Of a stretch of 64,000 nt of DNA, positions 1 through 12,612 are shown in pieces. The notes under the pieces are model-generated. The model was given only the letters and a program-made list of their open reading frames with translations. It did no database searches and was not told the DNA's origin. The stretch lies in assembly GCF_001194135.2 (NCBI RefSeq), contig NC_068984.1, positions 116,004,195-116,068,194 of the forward strand, in the 5' to 3' direction. Each line of letters begins with the position of its first letter. The first letter of the stretch is position 1. The stretch is from Octopus bimaculoides. Its lineage: Eukaryota. The position numbers and the translations under genes were made by a program.

Positions 1-213
1 CTTCACTATTAATTGTTTCTAGGAAAAATGAATACGATTTTCATCCTCAGTATGCAAAAATACTTCGGAACTATTTGTTTTTAAAATAATCTGATCGAAA
101 TTTGAAGAACTTTATGTGGTTGACCCTTGTTATATTGCATAAGACATTGAACAAGTTATAAACTATCTTTAAAAGTTTTGGTGGTGATATATCTATCTGA
201 AACCACGGAATGT

Positions 214-321
214 GTTTAAGTCTGTTTGAACCAGGACAATATTTAAATAGTTTAAGTCCGTCTGAACTAGGACAATATTTAAATAGTTTAAGTCCGTCTG
301 AACCAGGACAATATTTAAATA
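214..321. repeat. 36-bp minisatellite, 3 copies
   Basis: Unit GTTTAAGTCYGTYTGAACYAGGACAATATTTAAATA at 214-249, 250-285 and 286-321. Confidence 0.9.
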
Positions 322-576
322 AAATTCTATAATTTTCTATTAAGTGTTCATTTTTCTCCTCCCGAATATCAGTACTATCACAGATGACAGCAGTTTAGTC
401 ACACGGACTGCTGTCATAACAAAAAAGAGGAAGAAATACACAAGTACGATTGAAAGTCAAGAGGAAATATACATATAATGAAGTAGAATAATAAGACACT
501 TCAGCTAACGAGAAATCTCGCTACTTCCGTAGACTGGTGTTTTTCGACCATTTATATGTATATATTGCGACATATG

Positions 577-610
<34 letters not shown>

Positions 611-1181
611 TGTATGTATGTATGTATGTATGTATGTATTAGTATTATCTCAGTTTAAAAAAAAACCTTTGACAATGTAAATATGTTAATAGTTACCAGA
701 GGTAGCAAAATTACACTAAAAAAACAAGATATCACAGCCGTTTTATAGGTAGAGATACCAAGTTAAAGTGATACATTTTGAGAAGATATGAATAATAATA
801 ATAAATGGAGCAAAACGCATATAAATAAAAGTTCCTTTAATTCCTACACATGTTTCAAAATATATGAGAGCCCTTCTACAAAGAAGTAAGAGCTGCTGGA
901 ATTCCACATATATTCATCNNNNNNNNNNNNNNNNNNNNNNNNNNNNNNNNNNNNNNNNNNNNNNNNNNNNNNNNNNNNNNNNNNNNNNNNNNNNNNNNNN
1001 NNNNNNNNNNNNNNNNNNNNNNNNNNNNNNNNNNNNNNNNNNNNNNNNNNNNNNNNNNNNNNNNNNNNNNNNNNNNNNNNNNNNNNNNNNNNNNNNNNNN
1101 NNNNNNNNNNNNNNNNNNNNNNNNNNNNNNNNNNNNNNNNNNNNNNNNNNNNNCATTTATATGTATATATTGCGACATATG

Positions 1182-1215
<34 letters not shown>

Positions 1216-1289
1216 TGTATGTATGCTTGTATGTATGTATGTACGTATGTATGTACGTATGTATATATGCGTGTATGTATGTATACATG

Positions 1290-1779
1290 TATGTATATGT
1301 GCAGATTTGTACGTTTCGTTTTATGTATGTATTCTCATGTATATAGTAGCATTTCTAGACATGCTCATATATTTTTAAATGATAAACTTCAGGAAAGTTT
1401 TACAGATTTTTACAGTTCCAGTGATAGATTGCATCTATAGTCTTCGAATCAGCTTTCTTTCTTCTGGATTTGAGAAGCCTAATTTCTCAAGATGTGCATT
1501 TACGCAGTGTTACATATCCCAGGGCCCCGATAATTACAGATATAAACCTGAATTTGTAACCTCGATGGAATAATGAAGATTTCTCAATAGTTCAGCGTAG
1601 ATATTCTCTTTGTCACAGATCCAGTTCTTCATCTTTATGTTAACATCCGCTGGGCAGCTACTTTCCACAACCGTGCAGAGGCTGTCTTCTCTATCCCAAA
1701 TCATTATATCAGGTCTGTTGCGCTTACATTTTATTGAGGTCTTCACTGGCACATTCCACCAGTGCTCACTTTTATTATG
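1290..1779 (-). mobile_element. 5'-truncated non-LTR retrotransposon 3' end with restriction-like endonuclease (R4/Dong- or NeSL-like)
   Basis: Minus strand reads HNKSEHWWNVPVKTSIKCKRNRPDIMIWDREDSLCTVVE..CPADVNIK..KENIYAELLRNL, then after frameshifts YKFRFISVIIGALGYV / NAHLEKLGFSNPEERKLIRRL*MQSITGTVKICKTFLKFII* (stop 1375-1377). This gives the RPD..VE..P.D.N...K..Y..L and IIGALG motifs of the PD-(D/E)xK RLE domain. A short 3' UTR runs into (CATA)n. Confidence 0.85.
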
Positions 1780-1833
1780 TGTGTATGTATGTATGTATGT
1801 ATGTATGTATGTGCGTACGTATGTATATGTGTA

Positions 1834-1865
<32 letters not shown>

Positions 1866-2467
1866 NNNNNNNNNNNNNNNNNNNNNNNNNNNNNNNNNNN
1901 NNNNNNNNNNNNNNNNNNNNNNNNNNNNNNNNNNNNNNNNNNNNNNNNNNNNNNNNNNNNNNNNNNNNNNNNNNNNNNNNNNNNNNNNNNNNNNNNNNNN
2001 NNNNNNNNNNNNNNNNNNNNNNNNNNNNNNNNNNNNNNNNNNNNNNNNNNNNNNNNNNNNNNNNNNNNNNNNNNNNNNNNNNNNNNNNNNNNNNNNNNNN
2101 NNNNNNNNNNNNNNNNNNNNNNNNNNNNNNNNNNNNNNNNNNNNNNNNNNNNNNNNNNNNNNNNNNNNNNNNNNNNNNNNNNNNNNNNNNNNNNNNNNNN
2201 NNNNNNNNNNNNNNNNNNNNNNNNNNNNNNNNNNNNNNNNNNNNNNNNNNNNNNNNNNNNNNNNNNNNNNNNNNNNNNNNNNNNNNNNNNNNNNNNNNNN
2301 NNNNNNNNNNNNNNNNNNNNNNNNNNNNNNNNNNNNNNNNNNNNNNNNNNNNNNNNNNNNNNNNNNNNNNNNNNNNNNNNNNNNNNNNNNNNNNNNNNNN
2401 NNNNNNNNNNNNNNNNNNNNNNNNNNNNNNNNNNNNNNNNNNATATATATATATATATATGTATATA

Positions 2468-2515
<48 letters not shown>

Positions 2516-3165
2516 TAAAAATGAGTTATGTGTATATGATTGATAGAAGAGAGAGAAAAGGAAAGAAAGAGAGAGATAGGGAGAAAAAAGACAGAGAACG
2601 AGAGAGAGGGAGAAAGAGAGCTTGTGTTTTTATAGGGACATATATTCTCATCTATGTACTGCGACACACACACGCATATACACACGTACACGCACACACA
2701 CACTCACACACACACAGGTAGATAGACGCACATATACTCACGCATTATTATCTCTCTTATTATTACTTACCTTTGTCTGCCATTCTCTGTCACTCTATCT
2801 GTCTCTCTTTCTCTCACTCTCTCCAACTCTCTCTTTCTCTCTCAAAGTCTCCCCCTCCCCCTCTGTCTTCATATCTCTCCTTCTAATTCACCTTTCTTTC
2901 CATTTATGTATTTACACGTATGAAATACATGCGCGAACATCATACTAGAAGCTGTTTACATAATAATATAAATGCCTAACAAACTATCACTGTCTCTATA
3001 AACACTAATTGTAAATCCCGAACAAACACTCTAGACACACACCGTTGTACTCTGTTGCTGCTCGTCCACTCTACCACTCGCACTATCTCTAGGTCTCACC
3101 TCTACTATCTCTCTCTTTCTCTCTTTCTTTCTCTGCCACTCTCTTCTTTTCTCTGTCAGGCACAC

Positions 3166-3202
<37 letters not shown>

Positions 3203-3508
3203 TACATAATGATACGTCCTTTTTCATGCACATTGTCAGTCGACACTCTTTTTTTCCTACTTTTCTCTTTCTCTCGTTCATGACCAGATTTCCCTATATC
3301 TCTGCTGTCATTTTCTCAATCCTTCCCTGTCATATACACAAGTCTATGCACATATGCATTTATGCACATCTGGCGTATATTACCTATGTATTCACTCTCT
3401 GTCACTCTTTCTCTCACTCTGTCTGTCTGTCTCTATACATACATACATGCATACACACACACACACACACACACATACATACATACATACATATATACAT
3501 ACATACAT

Positions 3509-3556
<48 letters not shown>

Positions 3557-3810
3557 GTATATAATTTCGTGTCACAAGCACAGATTTCCAAATACATATG
3601 TCATTACAGAGATACTGATTCTTTCTGTCTTTTCTTTCATACACACGCAAGCACACACTTGCGCACACAAACAGACACTCGCACACACATACACACAGAC
3701 GTAGATTCCCATCCTGTTTCTGACATTTAAATCTCTCTCTTCTCTCTCTCCCTCTCCCTCTCTGTCTTTTTTCATTTATGTACCACAGTTTCTCGTTTTC
3801 TTTTTGCCTC

Positions 3811-4140
3811 TGCTCTCACTCTCTCTCACTCTTTCTCACTCTCTCTCACTCTTTCTCACTCTCTCTCACTCTTTCTCACTCTCTCTCACTCTTTCTCACT
3901 CTCTCTCACTCTTTCTCACTCTCTCTCACTCTTTCTCACTCTCTCTCACTCTTTCACACTCTCTCTCACTCTTTCTCTCTCTCTTTCACTCTCTCTCACT
4001 CTTTCTCTCTCTCTCACTCTTTCTCACTCTCTCTCACTCTTTCTCTCTCTTTCACACTTTCTCACTCTCTCTCACTCTTTCTCTCTCTCTCTCTCTCTCT
4101 CTCACTCTTTCTCACTCTCTCTCACTCTTTCTCACTCTCT
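3811..4140. repeat. CT-rich minisatellite, 20-bp unit CTCTCTCACTCTTTCTCACT, degenerating rightwards
   Basis: Near-perfect 20-bp periodicity over 3821-3950, followed by variants. Confidence 0.85.
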
Positions 4141-4238
4141 CTCTTTCTCTCTTGTTCATTCGCTCTCAGTTCACATTTCACCTTTTCTACGTTTACATGT
4201 CTATCTTTCTGTCTCTCTCGCTCTATCTCTCCTGTCTT

Positions 4239-4280
<42 letters not shown>

Positions 4281-4593
4281 GCTCTCTCTATCTCTCCTGA
4301 CTTTCTCTCTCTCTCTCTCTGTCTGTCTCGCTCTCTCTCTCTGTGTCTCTCCTGTCTTTCTGTCTCTGTCTCTCTCTCTCCCTCTGTCTTTCCTCACGCT
4401 CAACCTATCTCTCCGTCTCACTCTCATTTTCTGTCTGCTTTTAACTCTGCCCTTCCACTCTCATCACTCTCCTACCCTCTGTCACTGTCTGTCTGTCTGT
4501 CTCTCTCTCTCTTTCAGTCTTTCTTCATTCATCTAACTATTACAATTTTTCCCTCTCTGTATTTCTCTTCCTCTTTCTATCTCCTTTCCTCTG

Positions 4594-4637
<44 letters not shown>

Positions 4638-5038
4638 ATCCTCATCACCTCAACACACAAATAATCCCTCACATCGTTACTTACTCATTGTCCTCTCGTT
4701 TGTTTCCATAATTTTTTTTTCAAGGGCAGCCGAACACTACCACACATCTTTATAACCGCTTTATAAGCCCCCCTCCACCACCACAACCACCACTACCACC
4801 ACACCTCTTCTCGTAGTTCATCAACTTCACACTGATCAAATTAATGCAGGTGATATACCTAGCCTCGATACCTCATCATCTCTAGGTCAATGGCTGTGAA
4901 AGAAGAAGTAAAAAAAAAAAGTAAAAGACCAAAAACATGTGGGCGACATGGAGACCTGCAATATGGACCGACTACTTGCTACTGAGAGAAAACTACGCTA
5001 CTCACTTGCATAAACATATGTTCAAAGCACACATACGT

Positions 5039-5073
<35 letters not shown>

Positions 5074-6107
5074 NNNNNNNNNNNNNNNNNNNNNNNNNNN
5101 NNNNNNNNNNNNNNNNNNNNNNNNNNNNNNNNNNNNNNNNNNNNNNNNNNNNNNNNNNNNNNNNNNNNNNNNNNNNNNNNNNNNNNNNNNNNNNNNNNNN
5201 NNNNNNNNNNNNNNNNNNNNNNNNNNNNNNNNNNNNNNNNNNNNNNNNNNNNNNNNNNNNNNNNNNNNNNNNNNNNNNNNNNNNNNNNNNNNNNNNNNNN
5301 NNNNNNNNNNNNNNNNNNNNNNNNNNNNNNNNNNNNNNNNNNNNNNNNNNNNNNNNNNNNNNNNNNNNNNNNNNNNNNNNNNNNNNNNNNNNNNNNNNNN
5401 NNNNNNNNNNNNNNNNNNNNNNNNNNNNNNNNNNNNNNNNNNNNNNNNNNNNNNNNNNNNNNNNNNNNNNNNNNNNNNNNNNNNNNNNNNNNNNNNNNNN
5501 NNNNNNNNNNNNNNNNNNNNNNNNNNNNNNNNNNNNNNNNNNNNNNNNNNNNNNNNNNNNNNNNNNNNNNNNNNNNNNNNNNNNNNNNNNNNNNNNNNNN
5601 NNNNNNNNNNNNNNNNNNNNNNNNNNNNNNNNNNNNNNNNNNNNNNNNNNNNNNNNNNNNNNNNNNNNNNNNNNNNNNNNNNNNNNNNNNNNNNNNNNNN
5701 NNNNNNNNNNNNNNNNNNNNNNNNNNNNNNNNNNNNNNNNNNNNNNNNNNNNNNNNNNNNNNNNNNNNNNNNNNNNNNNNNNNNNNNNNNNNNNNNNNNN
5801 NNNNNNNNNNNNNNNNNNNNNNNNNNNNNNNNNNNNNNNNNNNNNNNNNNNNNNNNNNNNNNNNNNNNNNNNNNNNNNNNNNNNNNNNNNNNNNNNNNNN
5901 NNNNNNNNNNNNNNNNNNNNNNNNNNNNNNNNNNNNNNNNNNNNNNNNNNNNNNNNNNNNNNNNNNNNNATATATGTATGTATGTATGTATACATATATA
6001 CATGTAAATACATTCACCTATCCATCCACCAGTTATCAATCTAAATCTGTCTCCTTCATTCCCTCCTCCTCTTCTTTTATGTATATACACACATATATGT
6101 GTGTGTG

Positions 6108-6166
<59 letters not shown>

Positions 6167-6323
6167 GTATAACCAGACACTATCTTACACACAAACGCAC
6201 ACACACACACACACACACTTACGCACTCACACATATGTTGCCTCTTCCATTCTCTACTCTTTATTTGCCGCGCTTTTTGTAATTCCTACCAATTTCATAA
6301 TACTAATTTTCATTCATTCATCG

Positions 6324-6395
<72 letters not shown>
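6324..6395. repeat. (ATCT)n microsatellite
   Basis: Read directly. Similar tracts at 21452-21547 and 42400-42453. Confidence 0.95.
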
Positions 6396-6544
6396 CATTT
6401 ATCTGTATATCTATCTATTTTACTAACACAAAATGAAGATATAGTTCAGATCCAAAGAAAATCGATCGATAATTAGAAACAAAACAGACCAGAGCTGTTA
6501 GATTTGCAGTCTTATTTATTATCATTGTTAAGATGTTACCCCGC

Positions 6545-6732
6545 TCTGTCTCTCTCTTTCTCTGTCTCTCTCTTTCTCTGTCTCTCTCTTTCTCTGTCTC
6601 TCTCTTTCTCTGTCTCTCTCTTTCTCTGTCTCTCTCTTTCTCTGTCTCTCTCTTTCTCTGTCTCTCTCTTTCTCTGTCTCTCTCTTTCTCTGTCTCTCTC
6701 TTTCTCTGTCTCTCTCTTTCTCTGTCTCTCTC
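6545..6732. repeat. 16-bp minisatellite (TCTGTCTCTCTCTTTC), ~11.5 copies
   Basis: Perfect 16-bp period; it produces the 16-aa periodic RERQRKRETEKERDRE ORFs. Confidence 0.9.
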
Positions 6733-7138
6733 TTACACACATGCTCAGACAACTTACGACCACATAAATGTACGTAGGTATAAATACACACATGTGCGCG
6801 CGTGTGTATGACTATGCGTGCTTATATATTCTATAACGTTATTTATATGAAAATCCATGGAATTTCTTGCATCAGAATTCTGAGGTGAGCAGCATTAACT
6901 GTAGTCCATATATACATATACATATACATATGCATATACATAAACACACGCAAAAACACACGCACACGCACACACGCACACAAACACACACACACACAAA
7001 CACACACAAACACTCACATTCATACACCCACCCACACACTCATACTCACACACATGTATACACATACATTTATGTACATATGCATGTATAAATATATGCG
7101 TATATATACATGCATATATATGTTTATATATATATATG

Positions 7139-7181
<43 letters not shown>

Positions 7182-7791
7182 NNNNNNNNNNNNNNNNNNN
7201 NNNNNNNNNNNNNNNNNNNNNNNNNNNNNNNNNNNNNNNNNNNNNNNNNNNNNNNNNNNNNNNNNNNNNNNNNNNNNNNNNNNNNNNNNNNNNNNNNNNN
7301 NNNNNNNNNNNNNNNNNNNNNNNNNNNNNNNNNNNNNNNNNNNNNNNNNNNNNNNNNNNNNNNNNNNNNNNNNNNNNNNNNNNNNNNNNNNNNNNNNNNN
7401 NNNNNNNNNNNNNNNNNNNNNNNNNNNNNNNNNNNNNNNNNNNNNNNNNNNNNNNNNNNNNNNNNNNNNNNNNNNNNNNNNNNNNNNNNNNATATATATA
7501 TTCACACATATATATTGCTTATGTAGGAGTGTGTTATGGTGTATACAATGTACATGTCAATATTTGAAAGCTAAAGCATATACAAATATGACCTGTGCCA
7601 CTAAAAACGTAGCGATCACCTATCTACCACTTGGCAATAAGTTCCATCCCAAAAGGCGGTTGAATTACAAGCTACAAGTGTTTACTCGGATAAAGTAACC
7701 TTTCCTTATATCACACTTGATCATAAATAATTCTGTGGCCACTCGCAGGGAGAGATTGGTTGACTGAACTAGTGGCTAATATTGTTCAGTA

Positions 7792-7971
7792 TCACATTGA
7801 CATTTGATGTTTCTCACTTTGAACAAACTTAGAACGAGAATACTGCTTTATTATAATGTCGGTTGGTGGATGTCCGTCGTCTGATGATGAAGATTCGGAT
7901 GTCGAGTCAAGCGCATTATCAGATGAGACATCAACGTGCAGCCAGCTGAGTAATCCAGAGACACATGTACC
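7792..7971 (-). other. Candidate terminal coding exon (unverified)
   Basis: Minus-strand (CT)n-TTGCTTTCAG acceptor, then 59 open codons GTCVSGLLSWLHVDVSSDNALDSTSESSSSDDGHPPTDIIIKQYSRSKFVQSEKHQMSM*. No homologue recognised, and the plus strand is also open over 7856-7975. Confidence 0.25.
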
Positions 7972-8779
7972 CTGAAAGCAAGAGAGAGAGAGAGAGAGAG
8001 CGTGGTATAGTATGTAATGAAGCTGTACCGTTTGAATTACAGGTACAATCCACTCGACCAGCTTCTATATTTTACGTCTACCCGATTTCACTCTGACGTT
8101 ATGGGTCAATCTGAAGTAATATTCAATGTCGTTTGCACAAGACGCCAGGTAGAGGGATCGCACCAGGGACCTTATGTTTGCAAAGCAAACTTCTTAACTA
8201 TTCGGCCATATTGCTTCTAGCTGTAACATAAAGAAATGAAATGTTAAATGCAAATTATATATAAGACATCTATAAGCACATCCTAAAAGAGTAAGAGATG
8301 GAAAAAGAAAAACAAGCAAATTTAGTGCTGAAAGTGGAGCATGTTGTAGCATCTTTTTCGGCATTGTGCATGTGTCTCAGTTGAAATACATTTGGATATA
8401 CTCCACTGTTTGCCTTCTCTGTTTTACACCTGTGTTTCGACGGAGAAATCAAGACATTTTTAGATTTACCAATACTTCTTTGGTGAAGTTAGTTAATTCC
8501 TTCAAATTGGCATAATTTACGTAGTTCTTTCAAATAGTGGCTCTATTTTATAAGTCATTGAAGAAATATTTTTACCCATCACTAGAAAGCATACATGAGT
8601 TTTGCATTTATGTTTACTTATATATTTGGTGTCCTTTCTACTTTCAGCTTCTGACGTATGTGCTATAACCTATACTCAATTTTCAATATTTTTCCCTTTT
8701 TCAAGTGTTATTTACTGTTAATAAATTGTATAGTTGATCAGACTGACAAATGTGTTCCTTCTCTCACCACAAGATTTTG

Positions 8780-8985
8780 GCCTCTGGAAATTATACATTG
8801 AACTTTCTGAGACAAATTTAATGCATACGTCTTGCATTATTAACATAAATTTATTTAGCTTAATGTCATTGTCTTGCTGGGAGATGATTCCAAGCCAGTT
8901 ATGTTTGAATATCTCCTTTTAGATTGATTTCCAGTTAACCATGTTGAAATTCAGGCTAGACAATGTATAAGTGTTCTTCAGGCTA
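8780..8985 (-). mobile_element. Decayed CR1/L2/Jockey-type LINE ORF2 fragment (between endonuclease and RT)
   Basis: Minus strand LNFNMVNWKSI*KEIFKHNWLGIISQQDNDIKLNKFMLIMQDVCIKFVSE fits the FNFxKxxWxxIxxxLxxxxW...F....L......VP linker pattern. Confidence 0.55.
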
Positions 8986-9005
8986 CAATTTATTTTTATT
9001 AATTC

Positions 9006-9147
<142 letters not shown>

Positions 9148-9809
9148 TTGGCTTAGCGAAGTGAGACATTCTTTAATATGTTGATCCAATTTAGTTAAGA
9201 CTTCAACTATCTTTCTGATGATCTCCTCACTCGTTTATTATTATTTTTTTTTTCGTAATGTGATTTCTATAGTGGAAGATATATGTAGATACATCTATAT
9301 TAGTTGCTATGTATGTAGCATTGGGTGTCACAAATCGAATTTGAGTGTCACTTATCTAAGAGAATCACAGCGTTACTAAATCTTATTGTATGTCCGCTCT
9401 GACATCATTCTTTATTCTTATAAAATGACAACGAACATAAAATACATGGGAATGTGTAGTTCTGTATACTTGTTATGCTGAAACTAGATGCGTTTCTCAA
9501 AGTGTCATGGATATTGCTCTAGAAAATTTTACGTTTATTACAAACTTGTCAGACACCGCTAATATATTATAGCAATATCCATGTTATATTACACTGGGGT
9601 ATTTTCGGTTCTTTACATTCTGTGCTCGAGGTTAACTTTACTTGTCATCCTCTGCGATAGAAAAGGTACTGATCAAATAGAGAGGAAGATAGTATCGACT
9701 AAGCCCTTCTATCGCGAATTGTTGACCTTGTGGTTAAATTAGAAACCATATTACAGTGAGGTTTGGAAGTGACTATTGTGTGGTATATTATTTGTTATAG
9801 CCTTAAGGT

Positions 9810-10258
9810 GGCGATTTGTCACAACTGTTAGCTCGGCGAGGAAAATGTTTAGCAGCATTTCGTCCGTCTTTACGTTCCGAATTCAAATTTGGAACGTAAA
9901 GACGGATGAGGTCGATTTTGCCTTTCATCCTCTCGGGGTCGATATAATAAGAACCAGTTGAGCACTGTGGTAGAGGAAATCCACTAGCCCCCCGCCATCT
10001 AATTTCAGACTCTGTGCTTATAATAGAAACGATTAGTCGGGATGGCCTCAGGCGGCGATCTAGCCGAATTGTTAGAGGGTGGGAAAATGCTTTCCGACTC
10101 ATTCCGTTCTGAGTTTAAATTCCTCCGAGAATAAATTTGCCTTTTATTTTCCGGGGTTCATAAAATAAATTATCAGTCAAATTCTGGGATCGATACTATC
10201 GACTTGCTTCCTATCCTCAAAATTGCTGGTGTTGTGCTAAAATTAGAAATAATTATTC
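9810..10258 (+). mobile_element. Two tandem family-B SINEs (tRNA-like head plus GCCTTTCATCCT..GGGGTCGATAA..AGTACCAGT core)
   Basis: Copies at ~9810-10030 and ~10035-10258 each carry a GTTCAAAT B-box-like motif, the core, and a GCTGG(C/T)(C/G)TTGTGC..AAATTAGAAA tail. A more degenerate third copy lies at ~9600-9750. Confidence 0.8.
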
Positions 10259-10703
10259 GTGATGGCTTTCTACCTTTGTCTGCATAACACTATCTGTAGC
10301 AGCTGGTTCCCTGGTTGAAATTGTTTCTGTACCGATTTAAAAACCGATATGATTTATCTGTTGCAACAATTCGATGAATAATCGTTAATTATTGTAAAAT
10401 TCAGCAATTACGCACTTCAGCAATTCTAACAATTTCCAGTTGCTGTTAGGTTTTCTTATGCTACTAAACTGCTCGCTACTTATGGCGAAAAATCCTTGCA
10501 GTGTTTTCGCATTTTAATACTGCTATTAAAAAAAAAAATCTAATCCCTTTTGTACTCTAAACGGGCTAAATAATTCACTGCTATATTTTCTCCCAATATG
10601 CTTCAGTTGTTGCTGATGATAGTGTACCATTTTATGTCACATTTTTAATTGATATAACTGTAAAATATTTTGCTATTTATTTCATATACCTTATTCTCTT
10701 AGT

Positions 10704-11067
10704 GGAGGCGCAATGGCCAGTAGTTAGGGCAGCAGACTCGCGGGCATAGGATCGCAGTTTCGATTCCCAGACCGGGCGAAAACATATGAAGCTCCACGAG
10801 GCTCCGGCAGGCGGTGGTGGCGAACTCTGCTGTACTCTTTCACCACAACTTTCTCTCACTCTTTCTTCTTGTGTCTGTTGTGCCTGTAATTCAAAGGGTC
10901 AGCCTTGTCACACTCTGTGTCACGCTGAATATCCCCGAGAACTACATTAAGGGTACACGTGTCTGTGGAGTGCTCAGCCACTTGCACGTTAATTTCACGA
11001 GCAGGCTGTTCCGTTGATTGGATCAACTGGAACCCTTGACGTCGTAAGCGACGGAGTGCCAACAACA
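10704..11067 (+). mobile_element. Family-C tRNA-derived SINE
   Basis: Head GGAGGCGCAATGGCCAGTAGTTAGGGCAGCAGACTCGCGG..GCAGTTTCGATTCCCAGACC has A-box-like and B-box-like motifs. It is followed by a ~290-bp body and ends GGAGTGCCAACAACA. Not an intact tRNA cloverleaf. Confidence 0.75.
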
Positions 11068-11387
11068 GTTGTTATATATCTTTGGATTATGCTATTCATT
11101 ATTTTTTTCATGTCAGACTTCTCATTTTCCATTTCGCCAACGAAGGATAAGTGTTAAAGTACTTTTTTTTGTTTAATCGTACACATAATATTTAGTTTTC
11201 AGTGCCTTGTGAGGTTTTGAAACTCATTTAGACTCAAACGAAAATGCCTCCCACAAAATAATTACTCCTGAATAAATTCGATAATCTTTATCTCTTGACA
11301 TTTGAATTTGTTCGTGTGAAAAGAATAACTTACGGCCTTGTCATGCTTGTGTGTTTCTTGCTTTGTTTCATGTTCACCGATTTTCTT

Positions 11388-11602
11388 ATCTCTTATCTGT
11401 TCCAGTCATTGGACTGCGGCCATGCCGGGGCACTGCCTCCAAGGGATTAATCGAGCAAATCTACTCCAGTACTTATTTCTTTTTCAGCCTGGTACACAAT
11501 TATTCGTCTGTTTTCCTGAACCGCTAACTAATGGAGACGTAAACAAGTCAACATCGGTTGTCAGAGAGTAGTGAGCACACACACACACACACACACACAC
11601 AC
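11388..11602 (-). mobile_element. Family-A SINE, 3' half (rest lost in the gap)
   Basis: CAGTCATTGGACTGCGGCCATGC..TCGAGCAAATC..ACGTAAACA..CATCGGTTGTCA matches the copies at 57398-57831 and 21559-22038, then runs into (CA)n and N. Confidence 0.85.
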
Positions 11603-12612
11603 NNNNNNNNNNNNNNNNNNNNNNNNNNNNNNNNNNNNNNNNNNNNNNNNNNNNNNNNNNNNNNNNNNNNNNNNNNNNNNNNNNNNNNNNNNNNNNNNNN
11701 NNNNNNNNNNNNNNNNNNNNNNNNNNNNNNNNNNNNNNNNNNNNNNNNNNNNNNNNNNNNNNNNNNNNNNNNNNNNNNNNNNNNNNNNNNNNNNNNNNNN
11801 NNNNNNNNNNNNNNNNNNNNNNNNNNNNNNNNNNNNNNNNNNNNNNNNNNNNNNNNNNNNNNNNNNNNNNNNNNNNNNNNNNNNNNNNNNNNNNNNNNNN
11901 NNNNNNNNNNNNNNNNNNNNNNNNNNNNNNNNNNNNNNNNNNNNNNNNNNNNNNNNNNNNNNNNNNNNNNNNNNNNNNNNNNNNNNNNNNNNNNNNNNNN
12001 NNNNNNNNNNNNNNNNNNNNNNNNNNNNNNNNNNNNNNNNNNNNNNNNNNNNNNNNNNNNNNNNNNNNNNNNNNNNNNNNNNNNNNNNNNNNNNNNNNNN
12101 NNNNNNNNNNNNNNNNNNNNNNNNNNNNNNNNNNNNNNNNNNNNNNNNNNNNNNNNNNNNNNNNNNNNNNNNNNNNNNNNNNNNNNNNNNNNNNNNNNNN
12201 NNNNNNNNNNNNNNNNNNNNNNNNNNNNNNNNNNNNNNNNNNNNNNNNNNNNNNNNNNNNNNNNNNNNNNNNNNNNNNNNNNNNNNNNNNNNNNNNNNNN
12301 NNNNNNNNNNNNNNNNNNNNNNNNNNNNNNNNNNNNNNNNNNNNNNNNNNNNNNNNNNNNNNNNNNNNNNNNNNNNNNNNNNNNNNNNNNNNNNNNNNNN
12401 NNNNNNNNNNNNNNNNNNNNNNNNNNNNNNNNNNNNNNNNNNNNNNNNNNNNNNNNNNNNNNNNNNNNNNNNNGTGTGTGTGTGTGTGTGTGTTTATGTG
12501 TGCGTGCGCGCGCGCGTGCCAAATGAAGTTATTTTATGGTATCCTTTCGTTTGAAGCAGGAAAGTTGTCAGCTCGATCATGTGGTCAATCATATGGGATC
12601 ATATGATTGTTC

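Noticed and set aside
10704-10780. tRNA gene (also at 16372 and 23847)
   Set aside because: A- and B-box-like motifs are present, but the stems do not close into a cloverleaf and each continues into a SINE body.
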